From the NCBI GenBank assembly GCA_035763885.1, contig DASUAH010000034.1, positions 104 through 64,103 of the forward strand: DNA of 64,000 nucleotides. The letters are read 5' to 3'. Below, piece after piece: positions 42,623 to 51,544 of this stretch. Position 1 is the first letter of the stretch, and each line of letters begins with the position of its first letter. A program made the position numbers and the translations under genes. The notes beneath the pieces are model-generated. The model made no database searches and was not told the origin of the DNA. It saw only the letters and a list, made by a program, of their open reading frames with translations. Origin of the DNA: Gemmatimonadales bacterium (GTDB taxonomy: Bacteria > Gemmatimonadota > Gemmatimonadetes > Gemmatimonadales > GWC2-71-9).

Positions 42623-43297
42623 TCACCCCGGCCCTGCAGCCCTTCCGCTCATCCGCTCTTCGATGAGCGCTCCCAGCCGCTCCACCTCATACGCCGCGAT
42701 CACCGCCACTGGCAGCCGTTCCGGCACGACCGTCGGGAAGCAGGGATCCGTCAGCTCGCCCGGCGCGCCGGACACCGGCTTGACCAGCACGAGGAGCCCG
42801 GCATCGAGCGCCCCCGCCAGAAACGCGGCCACGCTGTCGCTCGTCGCGTTCCAGCTGTGGGGCAGGACGTCCGCGGCCAGCATCCAGTCCGACGGCGCGA
42901 GCACCGGCACCTTCCCGGCCCGGTGCGCCGCGCCGATCTCCTCCGCGCTCCGCACCACGACCGATCCCGGCACCCGATCCGCCAGCGCGTACGCGTACTG
43001 ATCCATCGCGAGGATCGCCATCCAGTGTGCGGCGGCCGGGGTGAGACCATGGGTCCGCTCGAACTCCCGCACCGCGTCCGCGAACGGTCCGCCGCCGGGG
43101 ACGACGACGACCGGACGGCGGCCGGCGGCGGCGGCCACGGCGCGGCCGACCCGCTCGAGCGCCTCGCGCGCCGTCGCGAGCCCGCCCCCGACCTTGACGA
43201 TCGCGAGCAACGAGGCGCCCTCAGGTTGACGCCGCCGATCGGCCTGCCGATCATCGTCGGAGCCGTGGTCACTAGCCAGGGAGCGCATGGAGATCAT
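42623..43297 (-). CDS. amino-acid-kinase-fold protein (aspartate/glutamate/uridylate kinase family) of the H4MPT/MFR cluster
   Basis: LLAIVKVGGGLA, VVVPGGGPFAD. The start is ambiguous: ATG 43297, ATG 43288, or TTG 43210 (GAGGG Shine-Dalgarno 7 nt upstream), which would free a 76-bp intergenic region. Confidence 0.75.
   Translation of the reverse strand: MISMRSLASDHGSDDDRQADRRRQPEGASLLAIVKVGGGLATAREALERVGRAVAAAAGRRPVVVVPGGGPFADAVREFERTHGLTPAAAHWMAILAMDQYAYALADRVPGSVVVRSAEEIGAAHRAGKVPVLAPSDWMLAADVLPHSWNATSDSVAAFLAGALDAGLLVLVKPVSGAPGELTDPCFPTVVPERLPVAVIAAYEVERLGALIEERMSGRAAGPG
43226..43254 (+). promoter_or_regulatory. possible promoter TTGACG-N17-GATCAT for the HisA-like gene
   Basis: -35 at 43226-43231 and -10 at 43249-43254. 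This only makes sense if the divergent kinase gene starts at TTG 43210. Confidence 0.25.
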
Positions 43298-44084
43298 TCC
43301 CGTAGTGGATGTGGCGCGTGGCGTGGCCGTCCACGCGCAGGGCGGCGACCGGTCGGCCTACGCCCCGGTGAAGTCTGCCGTGGCGCCGGAGCACCCCGGC
43401 GACCCGCTCGCGCTGGTCCGGGCCTACCGTGACGTGCTGGGCGCGCGGGTGTGTTATGCGGCCGACCTCGACGCCCTGCAGGGCGGCCCCATTCAGCGGG
43501 GGCTCATCCGGGACCTGGCCGCGTTCCAGACCGGCTTCGCCGGCGAGCTGCTGGTGGATGCCGGCGCGTGCGATGCGGACGGCGTGCTGGAGGTGCTCTC
43601 CTGCGGGGCGTCCGATGCCGTCGTCGGCCTGGAGACCCTGCACGCGTTCGCCGACCTGCGGGCGATCGTGGACGCGGCCGGGGCGAGCCGGGTGATCTTC
43701 GGGCTGGACCTGCGGCTCGGCACGCCGATGATCCATCCGCAGCTGCAGGACGTGTGCGGGGCGCCGGATCCCGTGAGCCTGGCCGGGCAGGCGGCCGACT
43801 GCGGTGTGACGAGCATGCTGGTGCTCGACCTCGGCCGGATCGGCACGGGCTGCGGCGTGGACCTCTCCCTGGTCGAGGCCCTGCGACGGCGATGCCCGGA
43901 CGCGCGACTGCTGGCCGGTGGCGGGGTGCTGACGCGCCGGGATCTCGAGCGGATGGCGGGCGCGGGGTGCGACGGGGCCCTCGTCGCGAGCGCGGTTCAC
44001 GCCGGCCGGATCACCGCGGAGGACGTGGCCGCGCTGCGGCACCGCCGGCCGGCGGCTCAATCCGGGGCGAGCGTCTCCCGGTAG
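43287..44084 (+). CDS. HisA/HisF-family (beta/alpha)8-barrel protein, H4MPT-biosynthesis associated
   Basis: MEIIPVVDVARGVAV....GD, AADLDAL, GGGV motifs. GGGAG Shine-Dalgarno. The 3-prime end overlaps the convergent PTPS-like gene by 28 nt. Confidence 0.8.
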   Translation: MEIIPVVDVARGVAVHAQGGDRSAYAPVKSAVAPEHPGDPLALVRAYRDVLGARVCYAADLDALQGGPIQRGLIRDLAAFQTGFAGELLVDAGACDADGVLEVLSCGASDAVVGLETLHAFADLRAIVDAAGASRVIFGLDLRLGTPMIHPQLQDVCGAPDPVSLAGQAADCGVTSMLVLDLGRIGTGCGVDLSLVEALRRRCPDARLLAGGGVLTRRDLERMAGAGCDGALVASAVHAGRITAEDVAALRHRRPAAQSGASVSR

Positions 44085-44560
44085 GTCGCTGACTGCCCGA
44101 AGTTCTCCTCCACTTCGAGCTCGAGCTGCGTCAGGTGGGTGTGCCCCTCGCGGGCGAGCTGGTCGCGCACCGCCGTGCCGAGGTACTGCGCGAGCATTTC
44201 GGCCGTACTGTTCGGGATCGGCAGCAGCGCACAGTCGCCCCGCGGAAACATGTATGTCGCCTTGCCGAAGTAGTCGACGTGCAGCATCCCGTCCTGCTCG
44301 CGGTACGACAGCTTCGGGTTCCGGGTGGGCAGCAGGACCTTGTGGTCGATCTCGTCCACCAGCCCCCGTACCATCCGCTTCAGCACGCTGAAATCGAGCA
44401 CGAACAGGCACTCGGCGTCGACCGTGCCCTCGACCGCGACGCCGACGCGATAGTTGTGGCCGTGAAGCGACTCACACTGGTGGCCGCGGAAGGTGATGAA
44501 GTGCGCCGAGGCGAAGACCAGGTAGTCCTTGCTGACCTCGACGCGGAACTTACTCTGCAC
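44057..44560 (-). CDS. 6-pyruvoyl-tetrahydropterin synthase / QueD-family protein
   Basis: FASAHFITFRGHQCESLHGHNYRV (the C-x-x-x-HGH zinc/catalytic motif). GTG 44560 start within track ORF 44057..44929. Confidence 0.8.
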   Translation of the reverse strand: MQSKFRVEVSKDYLVFASAHFITFRGHQCESLHGHNYRVGVAVEGTVDAECLFVLDFSVLKRMVRGLVDEIDHKVLLPTRNPKLSYREQDGMLHVDYFGKATYMFPRGDCALLPIPNSTAEMLAQYLGTAVRDQLAREGHTHLTQLELEVEENFGQSATYRETLAPD

Positions 44561-45419
44561 GAGCCTGCGCTCCCGATGAGTGCCACCCGTCTTCCAAGAT
44601 AACGGCACAGATCGCCGCCGCGGCGAGGTCGGCGCTGGTGCCGGGGTTGCGGGTGTTTCGCTCGTCCCGCAACTCGGCATCGAACGCGACGAGTGCCGCC
44701 CGCCCCTCGGGGGTCCGCACTCCGCCCGCGGCGCGCACCGCCGCGGCGCGGCGCGAGATCGCTGCTGCCGCCGCCGGCCCCAGCTTCCGGCCCACGTGGC
44801 TGTCGGGCACCGCGGCGAGGATGCCAAGGTAAGCCTCCACGACCGCGTCCGTCCAGGCGAGCCCGGCGCCGCGCGCCGCCCGGAGCGCGGGGGCCCCGAG
44901 CTCGAACGTGATCGCGAAATCGGTGACATACTCCCGGGCCACGCTGTCCCGGTCGGCCGCGAGCGCCATCGCCTCCCGCAGTGTGACCGTCGGCTCGGTG
45001 GCGACGTCCTGGCTGCCGGTGGAGCCCAGCCCGCTGGGGGCCGCGAGACGGATCGCCGCGTACGCCTCGGCCGCGTCGGCGACGCTGGTCTCCGCGAGCA
45101 CGCCCCGGACCCGCTCCCGCAGGGTCCCGCCGGTGCGGAGCGCCGCCCGGCACAGCGGGGCGAGAAGCAGGACGATGCCGAGGTTCGTGTTGCGGCCGGT
45201 GACCCGGCGGGTGGCCTCCACCCCGGCGCGGATGGTCGCGCCGAGGCACCGCTCGCCCGCAGCCGCCATCGCCGGAGCGATGGCGACTGCGCTGGCGAGG
45301 AAGTCCTCGTAGCGGGTGTCGTGGAAATGGAGCCCGGGCGACACGTTGCCGGGCTTCGGCGCGCTCGCCTCGAGCAGGCAGGCGAGCTGGGCGGCGGCGG
45401 CGGCTTCGGCCGGGGTCAT
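44550..45419 (-). CDS. triphosphoribosyl-dephospho-CoA synthase (CitG/MdcB)-like protein of the H4MPT/MFR cluster
   Basis: LEASAPKPGNVSP...HDTRYEDFLASA...TNLGIVLLLAPL pattern typical of the CitG family. Confidence 0.8.
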   Translation of the reverse strand: MTPAEAAAAAQLACLLEASAPKPGNVSPGLHFHDTRYEDFLASAVAIAPAMAAAGERCLGATIRAGVEATRRVTGRNTNLGIVLLLAPLCRAALRTGGTLRERVRGVLAETSVADAAEAYAAIRLAAPSGLGSTGSQDVATEPTVTLREAMALAADRDSVAREYVTDFAITFELGAPALRAARGAGLAWTDAVVEAYLGILAAVPDSHVGRKLGPAAAAAISRRAAAVRAAGGVRTPEGRAALVAFDAELRDERNTRNPGTSADLAAAAICAVILEDGWHSSGAQARAE

Positions 45420-45445
45420 CGGGCCCGCGCGCGCGCCGCGGGGCG

Positions 45446-46237
45446 CTACTGCTGTACGCCGATGAGCGCGGTGAGCCCGCCGCTTGCGAAGTTCGCGAGA
45501 TCGTCGCCCACCTTCTTGAACGCCGGAGTGGCGGTCCCCTTCGCCACGGCCTCGGACGACTCGAAGCAGAGCTCGGCCTGCCGGTACTTTGCCGCCGGGC
45601 TCCCGTCGAGGTTCGACTCGAACTTCGTGAGATCGGCACGGACGAAGCCGATCTCGCCCTGGCCGGCGCTCACCAGGGGGAGGTGGGTGTCGGCGTAGTA
45701 GCGCTCGAACACGGCGTGGTCCTTCGGGTGCTCGTAGATCACCGTGACCAGCGCGCGGCAGGCGGCCGGACTCTCTTCTCCGGTTTCAGTCGCGATCATG
45801 GCGATCAGACCGCCGGTCGCGAAGTTCGCGAGATCGTCGCCCACCTTCTTGAATGCGGGGGTGGCGGTTCCCTTCCTGAGGTCGTCCATCGAGCCGAAGT
45901 ACAGCTCCGCCTGGCGGTAGAACGTCGGCTCCTTGCCATCCAGTGTCGACACGAACTTCGTCAGCTCCGCGGTGGTGAACCCGATCTCACCCTGGCCGCC
46001 GCTCACCAGCGGCAGGTGCACCTCCCGGTAGTATTTCTCGAACGCCGCCGTGTCCTTCGGCTGCAGGTAGATCACCGTCACGATCGCCCGCGGGCCCGCC
46101 GCGGCCGCCGGGGCCGGCGCGGAGTCGGCCGAGGCGGCGGGCTTGTCAGCGGTTCGGCCGCAGGCGAGGGCGAGGGCCACGAGGACGACGGGGGCGGGGC
46201 GCATCTGGTCTCTCCGCTGATGATGGTGAGCATTCAC
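45446..46237 (-). CDS. tandem EthD-domain lipoprotein
   Basis: Lipobox VVLVALALAC (likely start MRPAP at 46204). Two ~105-aa EthD-like modules each begin IVTVIY/LVTVIYxxPKDxxxFExYY and end KGTATPAFKKVGDDLANFA(T/S)GGL. Confidence 0.8.
   Translation of the reverse strand: MNAHHHQRRDQMRPAPVVLVALALACGRTADKPAASADSAPAPAAAAGPRAIVTVIYLQPKDTAAFEKYYREVHLPLVSGGQGEIGFTTAELTKFVSTLDGKEPTFYRQAELYFGSMDDLRKGTATPAFKKVGDDLANFATGGLIAMIATETGEESPAACRALVTVIYEHPKDHAVFERYYADTHLPLVSAGQGEIGFVRADLTKFESNLDGSPAAKYRQAELCFESSEAVAKGTATPAFKKVGDDLANFASGGLTALIGVQQ
45486..45853 (-). repeat. internal tandem duplication (period 333 bp) within the EthD gene
   Basis: An identical 35-nt string, gcgaagttcgcgagatcgtcgcccaccttcttgaa, occurs at 45486-45520 and 45819-45853. 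The flanks are similar but diverged. Confidence 0.85.
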
Positions 46238-46238
46238 C

Positions 46239-47225
46239 CTACTCGGGATAGCACGACGCCGTCAGCACCGCGGGATCCAGGTTGCCCGCGCTGAAGGTGC
46301 GCCCGGTCGTCGTGCTGGTGAGCCGCACCTGGGCCGGGCTGAACAACAGCGGGTCGATCTTGTAGAAGTCGCCGTCGTAGCGCTGGAAGATCTCGTAGAA
46401 CGGTGTGCCACAATCGGGCGAGGAGGACGCCGGCACCTTCGGCGCCAGCTCGGCGAGTTCCTCGTCGCCGGCGCGCACGGTGAAGTGCGCCTGGGCGCCG
46501 TAGAGGATGCAGTCGTTGGTGCGGCCGATCGCGCGGATGTCGTTCTTTGCGACCGGAGGAATCGGCGCCATGCCCATGCCGCTGACCACCTTTCGCACAT
46601 CGAACCCCAGCGTCTCCATCTTGTGGAGCCCGGTCTCGAGCACCCGCGCCGCGATCTGGACGCCACCCGCGAGGCTGGCGGTGGGGGCGATGACGAACGT
46701 GAGCTGGGAGGGCTGGAGACCGGCCTTCGCCGCCACCCATGCCGCGACTGCGTCGGTAGGGAGCCGGCGGCCCTCGAGCACGAGCACGCCCTGCTCGGCC
46801 TGCTCGGCGTACTCCAGCTTCTCGAACAGCTCCTTCTCGACGCGGGCGTGCGCCCGCAACGGGCCGGACCCCATCGCGAAGAATTCCCCGACCGAGATCG
46901 CCCAGCCGGCGTACTGCGAGGCCATGCACGCCACCGCGGGGTGGTCCGTCCACACCGTGACCCCCGGCCAGGTGCGGTCGCCGATGGGCAGCGGGCTGTA
47001 GACGACGTTGCCCAGGCCGCCCATGCAGATCTTGGCGAGAGCGAGGCCGGCGTCGAAGCCACCGTCCACCTCCACTCCGGCGTCGATCACCCGTGCCCCG
47101 CCGGGCAGGCGATGGACCCGGACGCGGAGCCGCGCGGCATTCTCCTCCACGGCGTCCGCGATCTCCACCGCCAGCTCGTTGAGACCCAGCGCGTCGAGAC
47201 TGGGTGACGTCGTTCCGATGGTCAT
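46239..47225 (-). CDS. mch: methenyl-tetrahydromethanopterin cyclohydrolase
   Basis: 328 aa. Mch-typical ...VIDAGV...GG..AGL.LA.ICMGGLG.V...; SQYAGW; GSGP.RA. ATGA overlap with the upstream ftr. Confidence 0.9.
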   Translation of the reverse strand: MTIGTTSPSLDALGLNELAVEIADAVEENAARLRVRVHRLPGGARVIDAGVEVDGGFDAGLALAKICMGGLGNVVYSPLPIGDRTWPGVTVWTDHPAVACMASQYAGWAISVGEFFAMGSGPLRAHARVEKELFEKLEYAEQAEQGVLVLEGRRLPTDAVAAWVAAKAGLQPSQLTFVIAPTASLAGGVQIAARVLETGLHKMETLGFDVRKVVSGMGMAPIPPVAKNDIRAIGRTNDCILYGAQAHFTVRAGDEELAELAPKVPASSSPDCGTPFYEIFQRYDGDFYKIDPLLFSPAQVRLTSTTTGRTFSAGNLDPAVLTASCYPE

Positions 47226-48133
47226 GCGTGCGCCTCCGTGCTCTCCGCCATGATCTGCCGAAGGTGGAAGTGATGGGGGCCGAGCTTGCCGCCGTAGTTG
47301 CCCGCCGTGATCGACACCACGCCGTCGCGGCAGGCGGCGCCGATCCCGGCTCGCATCGCCCGGCTGATCGCGCCGGCGTCGAGGCCGTTGATCACGATCT
47401 CGAGCACCGAGTTGACCCCCTCGGGCAGCGCGGTCTGCGTGGCGGCCCGGAGCGTCGGGCAGAAGGCGTCGTTGGTCGAGGCGATCATCTTCTTCGAGCG
47501 GCGCGAGCCGACCTTGCTCCCGCTGCGCACCACGCCTCCGGGAAAGGGGAGAATGACTCCTGCCGCCGGCGTCATCGCCGCCACCGCCGCCTCCGCCGCG
47601 TCCAGCGCGGCGTCTGCGCTCCGGGCGAGGATCAGGAAGTTCCCCCCGCCCACGCCCTTCTGCATGCCGAACTTCTCCTGCACCAGGAACTCCCCTTCCA
47701 TGACCGGGATCCGCCAGAACCGCTCGCCGCGGAGCACCTTGCTCGCCTGAAAGCCGTCCCCGAAGAACCGGAGCACCGACCCGACGCCGATCCGGTCCGG
47801 GGCATCGGGCAGCCCGTCGAAGCAGGCGGTGGTCGGGCAGGTGAGCACCGTCTGACCCACGCGCTCGACCAGCCGGTTGGAGAGGTCGTCCTTTCCCATG
47901 GTCATGACGAGCACGCTCACGCCCGGCCGGCCGTCCGGCGTCTCCGCCGGAGCGAGCTCGCGCTCGATGCCCGCCTCGCACTTGCACCCGATGACCGATG
48001 TCGCGAAGCCCGTGAGCTTGAGCGCCGCCTCCCGGGCCCAGCGGAGCGTGCGCGCCGTGATGAGCACGCGCGCTACGCGGACGGTGAACGCCTCGGCAAA
48101 GGTGTCATCGATGAAGACGCCGCGCAGATACAT
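47222..48133 (-). CDS. ftr: formylmethanofuran:H4MPT N-formyltransferase (Ftr/FhcD), copy 1
   Basis: 303 aa. IDDTFAEAF..R.AR.LITA......A....TGFATSVIGC.CEAGIE, FFGDGFQ.SK, WRIPVMEGEF, GGGNFL. Confidence 0.9.
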   Translation of the reverse strand: MYLRGVFIDDTFAEAFTVRVARVLITARTLRWAREAALKLTGFATSVIGCKCEAGIERELAPAETPDGRPGVSVLVMTMGKDDLSNRLVERVGQTVLTCPTTACFDGLPDAPDRIGVGSVLRFFGDGFQASKVLRGERFWRIPVMEGEFLVQEKFGMQKGVGGGNFLILARSADAALDAAEAAVAAMTPAAGVILPFPGGVVRSGSKVGSRRSKKMIASTNDAFCPTLRAATQTALPEGVNSVLEIVINGLDAGAISRAMRAGIGAACRDGVVSITAGNYGGKLGPHHFHLRQIMAESTEAHA

Positions 48134-48160
48134 GATCAGCCCTCCGTGGCCGCCCCGCGC

Positions 48161-48976
48161 TCAGACCCAGACCAGGATCTCGCCCCGGCCGTCGTTGCCG
48201 AGGTCCCCCATGTACCGCCGCGCCCGCAGCCGCCCGTCGGGGAGCGTTCCGAACCGGCCGGGGAGCGTCCGCCAGGAGCGCACCAGCAGGGTGAGGAACA
48301 GGTTCGGGTGCTCGCCGCAGTCGTTGAAGGTGGCGACGAGCGCGGCGGGCGGCTGCAGCAGCAGCAGCGTGCCGCGCCGCATGGCCAGGCCCGGGAAGCC
48401 GCCCACCCGGCCGGCCACCGCGATGGTGCCGGCCACCATGCGGGACGCGCAATAGTCTCCTGCGTCGCCTTCGATCAGCACCATGCCCCGGCGCATGCGA
48501 TCGCCCACCCGGTCGCCGGCATTGCCGCCCACGACGACGGTGCCCCCGCGCATGCCGCGCCGCTCGCCCGCAAGCGCCGACGCCAGGAAGTCTCCGGCGT
48601 CGGCCGTCACGTGGAGCACGCCGCCCCGCATTGCGCATGCGGCACGGGCGCCGACGCTCCCGTGCACCTCGACAACCCCCCCGCGCATCCCGGCTCCGAC
48701 GTACGCGCCCGCGTCGCCCCGGACGATGACGTGTCCGTGCGTCATTCCCGCGCCGATCCGATCCAGCTTCTCGCATCCGCCCCGGATCTCGAGCTCCGAT
48801 CCGAAATCGCCGGCAATGGTGAACAGGTCGTCCACCCGAATCTTGCGGTTGCCGGTCGCGAGCTCGATTGCGGCCACCTGCGCCGGGGTCTTGCCGGCGA
48901 GGTGGTCGGCAGACAGCGGCGACAGGTCGACACGCTGGGCGGGCGGCTCGCGCAGCGTCAGGCGGAGCGTGCTCAT
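48161..48976 (-). CDS. fhcC: formylmethanofuran dehydrogenase subunit C-like (FwdC/FhcC), copy adjacent to ftr
   Basis: 271 aa. Gly-rich beta-helix repeats (GDAG..VGAGM.GG...V.G..G). Assignment to Fhc rather than Fwd is by position only. Confidence 0.85.
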   Translation of the reverse strand: MSTLRLTLREPPAQRVDLSPLSADHLAGKTPAQVAAIELATGNRKIRVDDLFTIAGDFGSELEIRGGCEKLDRIGAGMTHGHVIVRGDAGAYVGAGMRGGVVEVHGSVGARAACAMRGGVLHVTADAGDFLASALAGERRGMRGGTVVVGGNAGDRVGDRMRRGMVLIEGDAGDYCASRMVAGTIAVAGRVGGFPGLAMRRGTLLLLQPPAALVATFNDCGEHPNLFLTLLVRSWRTLPGRFGTLPDGRLRARRYMGDLGNDGRGEILVWV

Positions 48977-49015
48977 GCGGGGTCCTGGAGCGGCGGCGGT
49001 GCGGCCGCGGACAGC

Positions 49016-49846
49016 TCAGTTCGGCGCCGAGGGTGCCGCGGCGTCGAGCAGCAGCACCTCGCCGCGATTCAGCTCCACCGCGTCGCCGCACCAGCGCTGG
49101 TACGTCCCGTCCAGCATCGCGTCGGTGATGCCAAAGCCGAGCCGGCGAAGGTAGTGAAGATACGGGCGGAGGAAAGGGGGCTGGTAGGTGCACGAGTAGC
49201 TGAACGTCGGCAGCAGCTCCGCGGGGTGCATGGCCACGATCGAGCCGCGCCGCAGGCCCGCCCCCGCCCGCCAGCCGAGCGAGCCCAGGACGACGACCGT
49301 CCCGGCGAGCATGTTCACGCCGGCGAAATCGGCGCAATCGCCGCCTACGGCGATGAGCCCGCGCCGCATGCCGGCGCCGACCTCGTTCCCCGCGCTGCCG
49401 AAGACGAGGATCTCGCCGCCCCGGATCCCAACCGCGCTGCCCCGGCAGGCGCTGCCGACCATGTGCCCGGCGTTGCCCCGGACGACGATGCGTCCGCCCG
49501 TCATGTCCGGGCCCACCCAGTCGCCGGCGTCGCCCTCCACGATGATCTCGCCGCCGCTCATGCCCGCTCCGAGGTGCATGCCGACCGGCCCGTGCACCAG
49601 CACCCGGCCGGCAGCCATCCCCGCGCCAACCTGCTTGATCCGCGAGAGGTCGCCGGTGAGGCGCAGCTCGCCGTTGGCCGAGCCGGTCACGCGGAAGAAC
49701 TCGCCCAGCTCCGCGCGCTGGTTGCCATATACGACGCCCAGCTTCGCGACGTCGCGCCCGGACAGCCCGGACAGCCGGGCCGGGCTCAGAACCTCGGCCT
49801 CGAGCGGCACCGCCGGAGCGGTGTGGAGGGTGAGCTCCAGCGTCAC
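49016..49846 (-). CDS. fwdC: formylmethanofuran dehydrogenase subunit C (FwdC), copy coupled to fwdA
   Basis: 276 aa from GTG 49846 (GTGA overlap with the fwdA stop). Same Gly-rich repeats (GAGMAAGRVLVHGPVGMHLGAGMSGGEIIVEGDAGDW...). Confidence 0.85.
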   Translation of the reverse strand: MTLELTLHTAPAVPLEAEVLSPARLSGLSGRDVAKLGVVYGNQRAELGEFFRVTGSANGELRLTGDLSRIKQVGAGMAAGRVLVHGPVGMHLGAGMSGGEIIVEGDAGDWVGPDMTGGRIVVRGNAGHMVGSACRGSAVGIRGGEILVFGSAGNEVGAGMRRGLIAVGGDCADFAGVNMLAGTVVVLGSLGWRAGAGLRRGSIVAMHPAELLPTFSYSCTYQPPFLRPYLHYLRRLGFGITDAMLDGTYQRWCGDAVELNRGEVLLLDAAAPSAPN

Positions 49847-51525
49847 GGCCGGGCGGCCCCGGCGGCAGCCGCCTGCTGCATCGTGGGAACCACCTCGCCG
49901 TGGGGCACGTACCGGTCGTCCACGGCGTAGTTCCGGAACTGGATGGTGTAGTAGTCGTCGAAGAACGGCTCGATCACCTGCTCGATGCCGGCGTCGTAGT
50001 CGGGCGCCACGTGGTACACCCGCCCCTCGTGGTCGGCGCGGAACTCGTGGTCCTCGATGATCACGACGCCGTCCTTGAGCACGTACCGCGGGGCCGCGAA
50101 CATCTTCTCCTTGTCCGCGTCCTCCTCGTAGATGGTCACGTCGGCGTCGGCCCCGACGCCGAGATGGCCCTTGCTCGCGAGGCCGAGGAGCCGCGCCGGG
50201 CCGGCCCGGGTGACGATCGCGATCTCGTAGAGCGAGTACTCGCGGTCCTGGCAGTCGCGCAACCCGCTGTGTTCGAGAGCCTTCTGGTTCACCACGGCCA
50301 TCTGCTCCTTGCGGTACTCGCGGTCCATGAGCAGCCGGATGAGCCGGGGATAGCTGGTGAAGGATCCTCCGTTGGGGTGGTCGGTGGAGAACACCATGCG
50401 CCAGGGATCGTCCGACAGCAGGAACAGCTCGAGGCCGATCGCCCACTGGAGCGCGTTGGTGTAGACCCGGTCCTGATAGGTGAACGGGATGATCCCGCAC
50501 CCGCTCTCGTGCTCGGTGTCGGCGTTTACCCACTTCGCGCCGCCGAACTGCCGCAGCATGTAGACGGCGGGGGCGTCCGCGGTCATGATCGTCGCCCGCC
50601 CGAACATGACCGCGCCCACATCGGCGCTGATGTTCGGATGCGTGTTTATGTACTCGGCGATGTCCCGCGCCCGCGAGGTTGGGTTGTCGTGGCTCTTGCC
50701 GGCGACGGAGCCGTAGCTGTGGAACTGGATGTGGGCGATGTGGGCACGCCGGCCGTCGGCGATCCGCATCGTCTCGAGCGTCGTGTCAGCGTTGCCGCTG
50801 TGGCCCAGATTGTTGCAGTGGATGTGCACCGGGTGGGGCAGCCCCAGCTCGTTGGCGGCCTCGATGAACGCGCCGATCACAGTGCTCGGGGTGAGGTCGA
50901 AGGGGCCGATCTTGTCGTCCAGCCGGGTGATGTTCCCGTGCCCCTGGCCCTTCCACAGCTCGTCGCCGCCCGGATTCACCAGCTTCGGTGCGTATGCCTT
51001 CGTGGCGTTCAGCCACCAGGCGAGCGCGTGCCGGAACTCCTCCCGCCGTCCCTCCTGCAGGAGTCGGTAGAGGAGCACGCTGTTGCCCACCAGAACGTAG
51101 AACCCCTTGTCGATCACCGGCGTGTCGTGCAGCTCCTCGAGGGTGTGGCGCGCGCCCAGCGGAGTGACGGCCGCCTCCATTGCCGCGGTGTAGCCCAGCG
51201 CGGCGTAGCGGTAGCCCGTCGCGAAGGTGGAGGGCACCGTGCCGCCGGTTCCCGAGCGGGTGAACCGGGTGCGCGGATGCACGTCGCGCCGGTGATCTTC
51301 GGGCTGGACCTTGCGGGCGAGATTGACCTTGGGGCCGGCGATGTGGCAATGGATGTCCACGCCGCCGGGCATCACGACCATGCCGCGGGCATCGATCGTC
51401 TTCGCGTCCGGCGGCGCATCGGCGGCGATCCTGCCGTCGCGGATGCAGATGTCCCGCACGGCGCCGTCCACGCCGTTGGCCGGGTCGTAGACCCGGCCGT
51501 TGATGATGCGGAGCGACGATCCCAT
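49843..51525 (-). CDS. fwdA: formylmethanofuran dehydrogenase subunit A (amidohydrolase), copy 1
   Basis: 560 aa. PGGVDIHCHIAGPKVN (HxH metal site) and the metallo-dependent hydrolase fold throughout. Confidence 0.9.
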   Translation of the reverse strand: MGSSLRIINGRVYDPANGVDGAVRDICIRDGRIAADAPPDAKTIDARGMVVMPGGVDIHCHIAGPKVNLARKVQPEDHRRDVHPRTRFTRSGTGGTVPSTFATGYRYAALGYTAAMEAAVTPLGARHTLEELHDTPVIDKGFYVLVGNSVLLYRLLQEGRREEFRHALAWWLNATKAYAPKLVNPGGDELWKGQGHGNITRLDDKIGPFDLTPSTVIGAFIEAANELGLPHPVHIHCNNLGHSGNADTTLETMRIADGRRAHIAHIQFHSYGSVAGKSHDNPTSRARDIAEYINTHPNISADVGAVMFGRATIMTADAPAVYMLRQFGGAKWVNADTEHESGCGIIPFTYQDRVYTNALQWAIGLELFLLSDDPWRMVFSTDHPNGGSFTSYPRLIRLLMDREYRKEQMAVVNQKALEHSGLRDCQDREYSLYEIAIVTRAGPARLLGLASKGHLGVGADADVTIYEEDADKEKMFAAPRYVLKDGVVIIEDHEFRADHEGRVYHVAPDYDAGIEQVIEPFFDDYYTIQFRNYAVDDRYVPHGEVVPTMQQAAAAGAARP

Positions 51526-51544
51526 GATCCGCTCGGCCGTCCGG

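Noticed and set aside
47204-49930. 908-aa plus-strand ORF, and similar long antisense ORFs (16351..18939, 55623..57719, 36511-37905 region, 49900..51630, 51500..53023)
   Set aside because: All lie opposite strongly supported minus-strand genes (ftr, fwdC, DUF255, fhcA, DHPS-like, fwdA, fwdB). All have Arg/Pro/Gly/His-dominated translations with no recognisable domains.
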